In this document: positions 25,895-36,100 of the stretch, one piece after another
Position numbering within the stretch: the stretch's first letter is position 1
Layout of the letters: each line of letters starts with the position of its first letter
From: Crocinitomicaceae bacterium
GTDB lineage: Bacteria > Bacteroidota > Bacteroidia > Flavobacteriales_D > Crocinitomicaceae
Reading direction: 5' to 3'
Assembly (NCBI GenBank): GCA_044338805.1
Contig: JBIIWQ010000001.1
Coordinates: 1-37,125, forward strand
DNA length: 37,125 nt
Position numbers and translations under genes: made by a program
Notes under the pieces: generated by a model
The model's database searches: none
What the model was told of the DNA's origin: nothing
What the model saw: only the letters and a program-made list of their open reading frames with translations

Positions 25895-26614
25895 TTACGA
25901 AAACTGAATGTCTCCTTCTACAATTAAAGGGTCTCCCTTCATTCTCAAAAATAATTGTACTAAGGCGACAACATCTTTTTCACAATACACTTTGATGCGC
26001 TCTAAATCATTTTCTTCATAATATACTCTTGCTACATCAGCTCCGGAAATATCATCTTTTGGCGTTGGGATTTTAAATACATGGCATAGCAATGCTAAAG
26101 AAGTATAAGCTTTGTAATCTCCAAACTTCCATAATTCCATTGTGTCCAAATGACTTATTTCCCATGGTTTTTTTCCCGCGATGTCTAGTACATCTGGAAG
26201 TTTAATACCATTAATCAACATTCGTCGACAGATATACGGAAAATCAAATTCTTTAGCATTGTGCCCACACAAAATATGGTACGGTGTATTGTAATGTTCG
26301 TCCAACAATTTTTTGAATTGATTCAACAATGTTTCTTCATCATCGTGGTAAAACGATTTCATTCTTAATTGTTTGCCAGTAGTTGTCTCTCGAACAAAGC
26401 CAACAGAAATACACACAATTTTTCCAAATTCGGAAAAAATGCTTGCTTTTTCATTGTACAATTGTTCAAAGGACTTCTCCTCGTTTTGCTGAAACCTTGT
26501 TTTTATTTCAAATAAGTGTTTCGCTTCTTCCTCTAAATCAGGGAATTGATACGTTTGTGGGACAGTTTCAATGTCCAGAAATAAAACTTTTTCTAGGGAT
26601 ACTTTTTCTAACAT
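25895..26614 (-). CDS. 3'-5' exonuclease, RNase H-like fold (PolB-exonuclease-related)
   Basis: VLFLDIETVP (ExoI), CGHNAKEFDFPYICRR (ExoII) and YCEKDVVALVQL (ExoIII-like). Confidence 0.8.
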   Translation of the reverse strand: MLEKVSLEKVLFLDIETVPQTYQFPDLEEEAKHLFEIKTRFQQNEEKSFEQLYNEKASIFSEFGKIVCISVGFVRETTTGKQLRMKSFYHDDEETLLNQFKKLLDEHYNTPYHILCGHNAKEFDFPYICRRMLINGIKLPDVLDIAGKKPWEISHLDTMELWKFGDYKAYTSLALLCHVFKIPTPKDDISGADVARVYYEENDLERIKVYCEKDVVALVQLFLRMKGDPLIVEGDIQFS

Positions 26615-26696
26615 AAATAGCGTTTGTTATTTGAAGATACGGAAAAAATTGCAGAATCCACATAAAAAAGGCAATTTTGCTAATACAACTAATAAA

Positions 26697-27176
26697 ATGT
26701 CAGAAACACTCTCTCAACTCACCGGCACTAAAAGTGAAATCTACCAAAATCTTCTTCCTCAGATAGAAGCTTTAATTGGCAACGAACAAGATGCTGTTGC
26801 AAACTTAGCGAACATCAGTGCCGCTCTAAAAGAAGCTTTCAATTTCTTTTGGGTCGGATTTTATCTTGTTAAAAATGATGAACTTGTCCTAGGGCCATTT
26901 CAAGGGCCAATTGCGTGCACCCGAATTCAAAAAGGAAAAGGAGTTTGTGGAACATCTTGGCAGAATGCAGAAGCAATCGTTGTTGCGGATGTCGAAGCTT
27001 TTCCTGGACACATTGCTTGTTCTTCTTTATCTAAAAGTGAAATTGTTATTCCTTTAACAAAAAACAATATTGTTGTTGGAGTTTTAGATGTTGATAGCGA
27101 ACATTTAAACCATTTCGACCATACAGATCTTGAACACCTCACAAATTTATGTCAATGGGTTTCAGAAAAACTATAA
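26697..27176 (+). CDS. msrC: GAF domain protein (free methionine-(R)-sulfoxide reductase, MsrC/YebR-like)
   Basis: WVGFYLV...LVLGPFQG.IACTRI..GKGVCGTS, FPGHIAC and EIVIPL...VGVLDVDS. The start is set at the ATG at 26697, because the longer track ORF overlaps the divergent exonuclease gene. Confidence 0.8.
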   Translation: MSETLSQLTGTKSEIYQNLLPQIEALIGNEQDAVANLANISAALKEAFNFFWVGFYLVKNDELVLGPFQGPIACTRIQKGKGVCGTSWQNAEAIVVADVEAFPGHIACSSLSKSEIVIPLTKNNIVVGVLDVDSEHLNHFDHTDLEHLTNLCQWVSEKL

Positions 27177-28708
27177 TATTATTTATTCCGCTCATCTTAC
27201 TCTCTTGTGCGCAAGTTGGTACGTTAACAGGTGGAGAAAAAGACGAAATAGCACCTCAGCCTGTTGCGGGGAAAACATTTCCACAAAATGAAACAACTGG
27301 TTTCACAGGAAAAGAACTTGAAATCACTTTTGACGAATTCATTCAATTAAATAATCCTATACAAACCATCTTTTTTGTTCCAAATCACGCAACACCGAAA
27401 GCAACGATTAAAAACAAAACCCTTTCAATAAAATGGGAAGAACAACTTAAAGAAAACACTACCTATGTAATTTATATGAATGGCGCGCTTAAAGATGTTA
27501 CGGAAAGTAATGATTCTTTAATGACGTATGTTTTTTCAACTGGAGCTACAATTGACTCATTAAATTATTCTGTTACCGTTGCAGATGCTTTTAACAACAA
27601 ACTTTTAAAGGGTTCAACAGTTGGCCTTTTTTCACTCAACGATTCTTTAAAACCTTATTATTTCGCAAAATCTGATGCATCGGGCTTGGCAACTTTTTCT
27701 TATTTAAAAGAAGGAACTTATAATTTAGCTGCGTTTATTGATGAAAACTTGGATATGCAAATTCAAGCCAGTGAATCCGTTGCTTTCCGTTCTGAGCCAA
27801 TGGAACTTTCTGCTTCTCAAATTGATACAGTTCCATTATTGCTATCAGCTCCTTTAGGAGAAAAAAAGACTAATAGTTTTACTTACAATGCACCTGGAAG
27901 CTTTACTGTTGCTTCGAATTATTCCTTGTTGAATGCCGATTTTTTTATGAATAACACAAAAATTGAAAAAGAAAACATGTGCTTCTTCGAGGAGGATAGT
28001 GTTGCGTTTTATTATGCCCCTCAAGCTGAAACAAAATTTGAGCTTATTGTTAAATCTGATGCAATTTCTGACACCTTGAATTTAAGAATCACTGAAAGGG
28101 AAAAGGCTAATTCCTTGCGTTTAATTCCAAAATTTAAGAATAACCAGATTGGAGATCATGAAACTGTTTCCTTTACCGTGAATGACAGAATTGTAACCGT
28201 CGATAATTATAAAATTAAACTCCTTAACCTAAAGGATTCACTTGCTATTCCTTTCGAAACAAAAATTGACTTGAATACACTAACACTCGATTTTGACAGA
28301 AAGGACCTTTCGAAAATTCAAGTTGTTTTTCAGAAAGGAGCCGCACTTGGACAACAAAACACATTATCAGATTCTATTTCACTCTTTATTTCTTTAAAGG
28401 AAGAAAAGGATTATGGAGTCATTCATGTTGACGTTTCTCAATTCAAGCAAAATGTCATTGTGGAGCTTCTTCAAAACAATAAAGTTGTTCAAAAAGTCTT
28501 GAATTTAGATGATAGTAAAATTTCTTTTTCCAAACTTGAGCCTGGTATTTACCAATTTCGTGTGATAGAAGATTTGAATGCTAATTTCAACTGGGACCCA
28601 GGAAATAGAGCTTTGAACATACAGCCTGAAAAAGTTTATAATTTCACAAAACCAACAACCGTAAGAGCGAATTGGGAGATGGATGTTCAACTTACACCTA
28701 TCCAATAA
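27149..28708 (+). CDS. Ig-like (SbsA-type) domain lipoprotein
   Basis: Lipobox LLSC followed by AQVGTLTGGEKDEIAPQP, the typical N-terminus of Bacteroidota Ig-like-domain lipoproteins. The body is beta-rich. It overlaps the preceding gene by 28 nt; the alternative ATG is at 27155. Confidence 0.7.
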   Translation: MSMGFRKTIILFIPLILLSCAQVGTLTGGEKDEIAPQPVAGKTFPQNETTGFTGKELEITFDEFIQLNNPIQTIFFVPNHATPKATIKNKTLSIKWEEQLKENTTYVIYMNGALKDVTESNDSLMTYVFSTGATIDSLNYSVTVADAFNNKLLKGSTVGLFSLNDSLKPYYFAKSDASGLATFSYLKEGTYNLAAFIDENLDMQIQASESVAFRSEPMELSASQIDTVPLLLSAPLGEKKTNSFTYNAPGSFTVASNYSLLNADFFMNNTKIEKENMCFFEEDSVAFYYAPQAETKFELIVKSDAISDTLNLRITEREKANSLRLIPKFKNNQIGDHETVSFTVNDRIVTVDNYKIKLLNLKDSLAIPFETKIDLNTLTLDFDRKDLSKIQVVFQKGAALGQQNTLSDSISLFISLKEEKDYGVIHVDVSQFKQNVIVELLQNNKVVQKVLNLDDSKISFSKLEPGIYQFRVIEDLNANFNWDPGNRALNIQPEKVYNFTKPTTVRANWEMDVQLTPIQ

Positions 28709-29878
28709 ATGAAAGAACCTTCAATCATTCAACGGTCCTTTCAAGGATGGAAAATGTGGTTGAGCATTTTGATTGGTTTGAGTGTTGCAGGTTGGATGTT
28801 GTTCAGCAGTATTTCTGAAGTTCGATTTATCAAAGTCGCTGATAATAACGGGTCCTATTCCTGGATAGATAGCAATCACAACGGTCTTGTTGACACAAAA
28901 TTAGCGGCTGAATTTTTCCCTGCGAAAAACGGAAACTATCGAGAAGAAACACTTTCGGATTCATTAATAGAAATTCAGTGGAACAACACTTCTATTTTAT
29001 GGCTTTTCTTTGCGCTCGTTTTTATGGTTGGCCGCGACTTCTTTTACATGTTGCGCATTCGACTATTAACACATTCAAAACTCAGTTGGCAATCGAGTTT
29101 TCACGTTATAATGTTGTGGGAATTTGCATCTGCATTAGCTCCAGGAGTTTTAGGTGGAGCAGCAGTTGCGATGTTTATCCTCAACAAAGAAAAGATCGAT
29201 TTGGGTCGTTCAACAGCGATTATTTTTATCACTGCTTTGATGGATAATTTGTTTTACATCTTATTGATTCCATTCGTTTTTGTGTTTATCGATGCAGCTC
29301 AACTATTTCCCCATCAAGCATTCAATGCTGCCAATGTTCAGTGGGTTTTTTGGATAGGCTATTCTGTCTTTGTGGGAATTTGTTTGTTCATGTTCACAAC
29401 ACTTTTCATCGTTCCAAAATTGGCAACAGGATTTTTAAAAATTGTCTTTAGTCTTCCGTCTTTAAGCAGGAAAAAAGAGAACGCCATCAAAACAGGAAAA
29501 GACATTGAAGCTTCTTCCAAAATCTTTAAAAAAGAATCGTTTGGTTTTTGGTTGAAAGTATTTGGAGCAACCTGTGCTAGTTGGACTTCCAGATTTCTAG
29601 TGATCAATGCACTTTTACAAGCCTTTTTGAATTTGGGAATCATGGATCATCTCCTCATTCTTGGAAAACAATTGGTTTTATGGCTTTTAATGCGTGTTAG
29701 TCCAACCCCTGGAGGAAGTGGCATTGCAGAATATGCTTTTGGAGAATTGATGGTAACTTTTAGTCAATCCGCTTTATTACTCGCTGCCTTAGCGATTCTC
29801 TGGCGCTTAATTTCTTATTTCCCGTATTTGTTTATTGGGGCGGTGTTGTTGCCGAGGTGGTTGAGGAAGAAACACTAA
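28709..29878 (+). CDS. UPF0104 / lysyl-phosphatidylglycerol-synthase-TM-like (flippase-like) membrane protein
   Basis: Multi-TM protein with the conserved SPTPGGSGIAEYAF motif. The ATG directly abuts the upstream TAA. Confidence 0.8.
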   Translation: MKEPSIIQRSFQGWKMWLSILIGLSVAGWMLFSSISEVRFIKVADNNGSYSWIDSNHNGLVDTKLAAEFFPAKNGNYREETLSDSLIEIQWNNTSILWLFFALVFMVGRDFFYMLRIRLLTHSKLSWQSSFHVIMLWEFASALAPGVLGGAAVAMFILNKEKIDLGRSTAIIFITALMDNLFYILLIPFVFVFIDAAQLFPHQAFNAANVQWVFWIGYSVFVGICLFMFTTLFIVPKLATGFLKIVFSLPSLSRKKENAIKTGKDIEASSKIFKKESFGFWLKVFGATCASWTSRFLVINALLQAFLNLGIMDHLLILGKQLVLWLLMRVSPTPGGSGIAEYAFGELMVTFSQSALLLAALAILWRLISYFPYLFIGAVLLPRWLRKKH

Positions 29879-30471
29879 GAACCTTTTCTCTCAACCAACT
29901 GATACACAATCGTTACCACAACAATTCCAATAATATAAACTGTTTCTGGTAGCGCTATTAACGATTGAAAACCAATTGTAGATGCCACACAACCAATCAG
30001 GGTAAATTGCATTTTAAAATGGGAAGCCCAAAGCGTTGGAATAGTCAGTGTTTTGCATCTCCCTGGTATTAAAAACTCCATTTTATAGCGCTGAAATCCG
30101 ACTAAAGCAATTAGTGGAATTAAGAAATAACCCTGTGCTATTCCCATATCTTTGTAACTTAAAAACTGAATGAATTCTTTGTAAAAATCAATTTGGGGAT
30201 GCAACATTTTCATTGAAAGGTGCACCAAGACAATTCCTAGAAGAAATAACAAGAAACTCAATGAGGACTTTTGAATCCAAATTTTAGAATCAATTTCTTG
30301 AAAAGTTATGATTTTTTTTGATTTCAGGTTCAGAATTACTTCGTTGCTGAGATAATCGAGCAAGTAGAATATTACAATAAAATACAAGCTCCAATTCCAC
30401 CAGAAAAAACCCAATAATGGAATAACTGCATCGCCAATAAGCTGAATAATTTTAGGATTTAAACGTTTCAT
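29875..30471 (-). CDS. small polytopic membrane protein (possibly DUF6498-like)
   Basis: About 5 TM segments. N-terminus LIGDAVIPLLGFFWWNWSLYFIVIFYLLDYL. It has a 4-nt overlap with the upstream TPR gene. Confidence 0.55.
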   Translation of the reverse strand: MKRLNPKIIQLIGDAVIPLLGFFWWNWSLYFIVIFYLLDYLSNEVILNLKSKKIITFQEIDSKIWIQKSSLSFLLFLLGIVLVHLSMKMLHPQIDFYKEFIQFLSYKDMGIAQGYFLIPLIALVGFQRYKMEFLIPGRCKTLTIPTLWASHFKMQFTLIGCVASTIGFQSLIALPETVYIIGIVVVTIVYQLVERKGS

Positions 30472-31448
30472 TTCAGCGCATTCGCTCTATCGCGAGACAA
30501 TTTAAATTCTGGATTGTATTTCAATGCTTTAGCATACGATTGTAATGCTCTTGTAACATTTCCTTGTCCTTCATAACACGTTCCAAGGTTGTGCCATGCT
30601 TCCACAAAACGAGGCTCCGTTTGAAGAGCTGAATTGTAATAGTAAATAGCACTATCCAAATCTTTGTAATTGTATTGTTTAATGACACCAATTTGATTCA
30701 AGGCTTGATAAAAAGAAGTATCAATACGAATCATTTGACGGTAAATATCTAAAGCGTTTTCTGGTTCGTCAAAAATTTGTTCAGCATATGCCAATGAAAA
30801 TAGTACCTCAGGGTTTTTAGGTTGGAGTTGCACAGCCGTTTTATAGTATTCAATACAAATTTTATCGTTTTCCGACTGATAAAGAGAACCAAGCATTAAG
30901 TAGGCTTCATAAAATGTTGGGTCTTGTTGAACAGCTGTTTCATACGATGATTTTGCTAAATCCTTTTTTCCTAAAAACAAGTAATTGGATCCTTTCATTA
31001 CATATGCGTCACGGTATTTTGGATCAGCTCGTAAAGCCATATTAATGTATTTAAATGACTTTTCGAAATCCATTTGTTGGCTGTAGGTTGATGCCAATCC
31101 AATTAAGGCTTTGATGTTTTTTGCTTGTTTTTTTATAATGTAGTTGTATTGTGTTTGTGCTGTAGCAATATCATCTGGTGTGCGTGATGGACGATTATTC
31201 AACACATCAGCATACAACATTCGAGCATCTATTCTATTTTTATCAATGCGAAAAGCTTTAGCACCATCTGCCATTGCTTTTTCAAATTTTAGGTCCTTGA
31301 TCATTTTATTTCCATGTAGAATTATAATTTCAAGGCTATCAGGAAACATCACCAATAAACTATCAATATCTTTCGGAAGAGATTTTGTTGGTTTCAAGTC
31401 GGAACAGGAAACAAAGAAAAAAGGAATTATAAAAATTAAATACTTCAT
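30468..31448 (-). CDS. TPR-repeat lipoprotein
   Basis: Lipobox FVSC. Several canonical TPR units are present (AYVMKGSNYLFLGKKDLAKSSYETAVQQDP, AWHNLGTCYEGQGNVTRALQSYAKALKYNP). Confidence 0.8.
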   Translation of the reverse strand: MKYLIFIIPFFFVSCSDLKPTKSLPKDIDSLLVMFPDSLEIIILHGNKMIKDLKFEKAMADGAKAFRIDKNRIDARMLYADVLNNRPSRTPDDIATAQTQYNYIIKKQAKNIKALIGLASTYSQQMDFEKSFKYINMALRADPKYRDAYVMKGSNYLFLGKKDLAKSSYETAVQQDPTFYEAYLMLGSLYQSENDKICIEYYKTAVQLQPKNPEVLFSLAYAEQIFDEPENALDIYRQMIRIDTSFYQALNQIGVIKQYNYKDLDSAIYYYNSALQTEPRFVEAWHNLGTCYEGQGNVTRALQSYAKALKYNPEFKLSRDRANALK

Positions 31449-31743
31449 ATATTGACTTTTGCTCGGTATTACAAAGTTAATTGAATTTCCTTATTAAGAA
31501 TTATTCGTTGCTCATTGATCACTACCGTTCCCTATAAAACTTTCACCTATTATTTGTTTTTGTCATGGTTTTTATTCAAAAACGCATGCCAAAAACGATT
31601 ACGATTTTTGTTGTCTTTTTAACGACGGACTGCATCCGTCGCTAAAAACATTTCACTCCTACGGAGTTTTTAATTCTAATTAATCTAAATGGATTTACGC
31701 TCTAAATTCTTCACTTTGATGAAAACTTAATGAATAAAAGTGG

Positions 31744-31751
31744 TATTTTTG
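31744..31751 (+). promoter_or_regulatory. TAnnTTTG motif 5 nt upstream of a small ORF
   Basis: TATTTTTG ends 5 nt before the ATG at 31756. Confidence 0.3.
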
Positions 31752-31755
31752 TAGT

Positions 31756-31998
31756 ATGAAAAAATGGATTGTTTTAGCCGTATTGTTTTTCATCGTATTA
31801 GGTGATAATGAGCTTATGGCGCAAGGTTGTTCCCAATGTAAATTATTAGCAGAACAAGGAAGTGAATTAGATGAAGCATCTTTTGGATCTAGCATTAATT
31901 CGGGAATTCTTTATTTAATGATTCTTCCTTATTTGATCTTGATGTTTTTGTTTCGCAAATACATCTTCAGATTTTTCAAGTCTTTGGTTAGAAGATAA
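31756..31998 (+). CDS. small exported or membrane protein with CxxC
   Basis: Signal-like N-terminus (...ELMAQ), then GCSQC, an acidic linker, a C-terminal TM helix and a basic tail. 80 aa, no homology recognised. Confidence 0.45.
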   Translation: MKKWIVLAVLFFIVLGDNELMAQGCSQCKLLAEQGSELDEASFGSSINSGILYLMILPYLILMFLFRKYIFRFFKSLVRR

Positions 31999-32140
31999 GC
32001 CCCATTTCGATTACTTCGACAAGCTCAGCAACCGAGTTAGAGATTAGCTTAGCAACCTCGGGGGTGCACTCTATAACCGATGGGGAATTCAACTCAGTAA
32101 CCGCAGTAAAAAACATACGTTAACGCATTACTGTTTTCAA

Positions 32141-33175
32141 TTAAAACCTTCCTCTTGTCTTAAACAACGCGTGACTCAAATTCGTATATGAAAGCGAAAA
32201 TTCAAGTGATCCACCTGTATATGCTTTTCGCATGGATGAAACAGTAACATCATAAGAAACCCCAAATTTAAAGCCTTTAAAATCAACTGTTATTGATGGT
32301 GATATTGCATCTTTAAACCTATAATACGTTCCAAAACCAAAATAAGCATCTTGTGAATATCCTGTGACTTTTGAACCATTTTGGAAACGTCTTCTCAGTA
32401 TTAATCCAAGAATAGTTTCAAGGTGTGGGCCTTGAATAAACTGTACTGCACTTGCATCAAAAGACCAATCTGAATTCGCTATGTCAGATATTACACTTGT
32501 GTGAATTACAAATTTACGGTACAATTTTCCGGCTGTAACTGTGGTATATTTCATTTCTGGCTTATTCAAGTGAAAACCTCCAACACCAAATTGAAATTTA
32601 AAATCATTGTTTCTACTAAACGACGATTGCCCTCCGTCGAAAACATAATAAAGTCCTGCTGAAGCATCTAAATAACGAAAGGACGACATGCCATTAACTT
32701 CTCCAGAAGCAATTGTTTGATCATAACTTGTTCCATTCCACTGCGATGTAAAAGTCAAATTCGAGAAATCAGCCTTTCTAGAACCAAAACCACCTTGAAT
32801 TCCTGCGGATAATGAATGGCCAGAACCTACCATTGGTAAAATACCACTTAATGTTAGTGAACCAGTTTGGCTTCCAAACTTTGAGTTTCCGCCGATATCA
32901 TTATAAAACATGATTCCTAAACCAACATATGCTTTATCATTCGTTCTTGTTTTCCCGAAATTGGCATCTGCAGCAATTGAGGTAGTCATGAATTGCGTTC
33001 CAGCACCCAACCATTGGTTTCGATGATTGATAATCACTCGTTCCCAACCATCATATACCCCTGCTGCTGCTGGATTAATTAATAAAGGTGTTTGCGCTGT
33101 TTGCGTAAAATGTAAATCTTGCGCATTTAGTCCTACAACCAAAAATAACGACAACGATAAAAGTGTCTTTTTCAT
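32141..33175 (-). CDS. PorP/SprF family type IX secretion system membrane protein
   Basis: Signal peptide, then QDLHFTQTAQTPLLINPAAAG, the family N-terminal signature. It is beta-barrel-like and about 340 aa. The start is 3 nt downstream of a type B CTD cargo gene. Confidence 0.85.
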   Translation of the reverse strand: MKKTLLSLSLFLVVGLNAQDLHFTQTAQTPLLINPAAAGVYDGWERVIINHRNQWLGAGTQFMTTSIAADANFGKTRTNDKAYVGLGIMFYNDIGGNSKFGSQTGSLTLSGILPMVGSGHSLSAGIQGGFGSRKADFSNLTFTSQWNGTSYDQTIASGEVNGMSSFRYLDASAGLYYVFDGGQSSFSRNNDFKFQFGVGGFHLNKPEMKYTTVTAGKLYRKFVIHTSVISDIANSDWSFDASAVQFIQGPHLETILGLILRRRFQNGSKVTGYSQDAYFGFGTYYRFKDAISPSITVDFKGFKFGVSYDVTVSSMRKAYTGGSLEFSLSYTNLSHALFKTRGRF

Positions 33176-33178
33176 CTA

Positions 33179-36100
33179 TCAACGAATTAAAGTAACGTTA
33201 TTAGAACGCATTTCACTTGTTCCGTTCATATAGTTCACCTCTAAAATATAAGCGTAAACACCTGCATTACAAGGTTGACCTTTATATGATCCGTCCCATT
33301 TGAAATTATTATCAGTAGTTTTTAAAATTAAATTTCCCCACCGATCATAAACAGAAAGAGTGAAGGATTTAACATCTTTCCCTACTATAATTGCCCAGTT
33401 TTCGTTTAGAGCATTCCCTGCGCCATTAGGCGAGAATCCAGAAGGTAAATATATCCCGTTGATGCAATTTACTCCTGAACTATTTGGATCACATTCATCC
33501 AATGGATCTGTTCCATTTCCAACTTCGACACCGTCATTCAGACCATCGCCATCTGTATCAGGATTAGTTGGATCTGTTCCAAAGACTCCTTCTTGAGCGT
33601 CCAATAAACCATCTCCATCTGAATCATTTTGACAACCCGGGAAGAAATTATCCGGATCACAAGGATTAATTGGGTCCGTACTCGCTGTTATTTCAGCTCC
33701 GTCATTAATTCCGTCTCCATCTGTATCTGGATTAGTTGGGTTTGTTCCAGCTGTTGCTTCTTGCGAATTCGTTAAACCATCTCCATCTTGATCACATGGA
33801 CCAGCATTAGGGTTTGGAATACAAGGGTCAGTATTGGCTGGGTCTGTTTCATCAATTGAAGATTCCAACGCATCAATTATTCCATCACCATCTGTATCTA
33901 ACGGGTTTAATGGATCAACTCCTGTTTCGGCACAATCATTTTCTCCATCTCCATCCGTATCAGGATTGTTTGGATTTGTTCCAGCTATAACTTCGTCAAC
34001 ATTTAAACATCCGTCTCCATCTAGATCTGGATTATCAGGTATAAAAAATGCAACAATATTTTCTATTCCCGTAATGTTTAAACTATTTGTGTCTTCAGTA
34101 ATAACATTCGATAAAGGTCCTGTTGTGTATTCCCAATGGTCAAACATAAATCCAGGCAGAGGTCGGGCAATAATATTGGTCGTAATACCACCATAATAAG
34201 TTGTTGCCCAGGGATACGTTGGTGCCCAAACAGAATTCACTCTAATTTCTCCAGACAAAGGTGGTGAAACATCAAAAGTTGTAGCATAAGGACCTGTTAA
34301 ACTATAACAATCTATTAAACCTTGTTCGAGCGCAGTACAGCGTAAAGTAATAAAATTTCTTAATTGGGTAACCCTCGACTGCCACCCGGTATATGTTCCT
34401 CCCCATGTTGTACACTGGGCCGACATTTCGGGATCAATTTCTGCCACCATGCTGTCCAATAGATTTAGCATGTAATCACAAGAAAAATACGTATTAACTA
34501 AATCAATATACCGTGTAATATAATATTGCTCAACAACGGGGTTTTCATTAATGAGTTTTTCCAAAATGTCCGTATGTCCTTGTCCCCCAGGATTTGGTAA
34601 ATTCTCTGCATTACAAGGGTCGGCATTTGCAGTTGCGTCAGGAATGCCTGTATAATTGGTATAATGACCGAACGTTGCATCCATGTCCCAAAGCGTGTAC
34701 CTCCATCTTCTATGGTTTCCATTAGGATTCATTCCTCTCCACCAAGCCGTATTCCAATTTAACCAGTCTTGATTTACTACATAAGAGTTAAACACAAAAT
34801 AATCACATAATGATCTCCAGCTCAACAATGTGTCCACATTTGCAAAATTTGCGGGAACGCCCATATTGTTGGTAGAAATAAAGTTTCTTAAAGAGTTCCA
34901 TGCTGGCTGGGCATTTGGAGCACCATATTCTTCCCAAGTTGCTCCCCACGTTTTTAAATACTGTAAATTATATTTATTTTGATCAAAATAGAAATCGGTA
35001 TAATCGTGATCATCCGCTTTTTCACGAATTTCATAAACTCCCCAATAAACGCCATTCACATAAACCACACATGGTCTCCATGTTCTTTCATCTAAATTCA
35101 TGTCTGCTCTTATAGAAAGAGTATGTATAAAAGCATCACGGATATGAGCTCCATTTTCAAAAGAGTAATTATCACTTGCTGCAGGTTTCAAAATAACCCT
35201 TTGAAACTGGTCTCTTGGTGAATCAGGAAAAATCTGATGTTCTAGTCCAGCTGCGTATCCAAATTCATCTCTTGTAATATAATCAAACCCTCTTTGGTCA
35301 TAAGCCCATGAGTCGTTACCATGTTTATTGAAATCTCCCTGACCTTCATCAATAAATGTCCCATCATCCTCAAATAATTCAAATGCTCCAACAACTGGTG
35401 TTTGATTACCATTTGCTACAAGGTTAAATACCCCTTGACTACAAACAGAAACAACAGAAAGTGTGTGTGTTACATTTATAAAGTAAGAATTAGTTTCAAT
35501 AAAAGATGGTTGATTCGTGCTAAATGCAGCTGCTCTTAATACCATCGTAGCATTAATAGGTACCGGCCCAGAATATAATGTAGATGTAGCAGTTGGATTT
35601 TGCCCGTTTATAGTATAGCGAATCGTTGCTGTTGGATCAGAGCAAGTAATTGTTGCTGATTGCGCCCCTGCATAAAACCCTGGAGCAAGGCTAACCACTG
35701 GTTTTGGTGTATAAAAGTTTTGTGCTCCAACGTTGGCTGCGTTTGGAGTTGGTATTGTAAACAATTTCCAATCAGGAGCAGCATTTGTAGACCTTCCAAC
35801 AGAATGGTCGGCCTTTGTCATGTGAACTATTTTTATTGAATCTGACACATTCAGTGCAGAATTCACTAAAATAATCCAATCACCTCTTGTTTGGGTTAAA
35901 CTGAAGTTTGGGTGATATTGTGTCCCATTTACAGTATTTCTTTTTGTGCAATAGACCATTTTGTATCCGTTTGCTGCAATTGATCCACTAGGAATCATCC
36001 ATTTTTGCAAATTGGTCGATTTATCTGATAAATAATATCCCGTTAAATCAACAGGTGCAGCACCCATGTTGTATAATTCAACCCAATCTTCTCTGTTCCC

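Noticed and set aside
26571-26696. Long start of the GAF/MsrC-like ORF
   Set aside because: The extension overlaps the 5' end of the divergent exonuclease gene and is not GAF-like. The ATG at 26697 gives the standard size of about 160 aa.
33360-34196. + strand ORFs 33360-33596 and 33834-34196 (PSPSVSGL-rich)
   Set aside because: They are antisense translations of the DTDGDG-encoding repeats inside the well-supported CotH gene.
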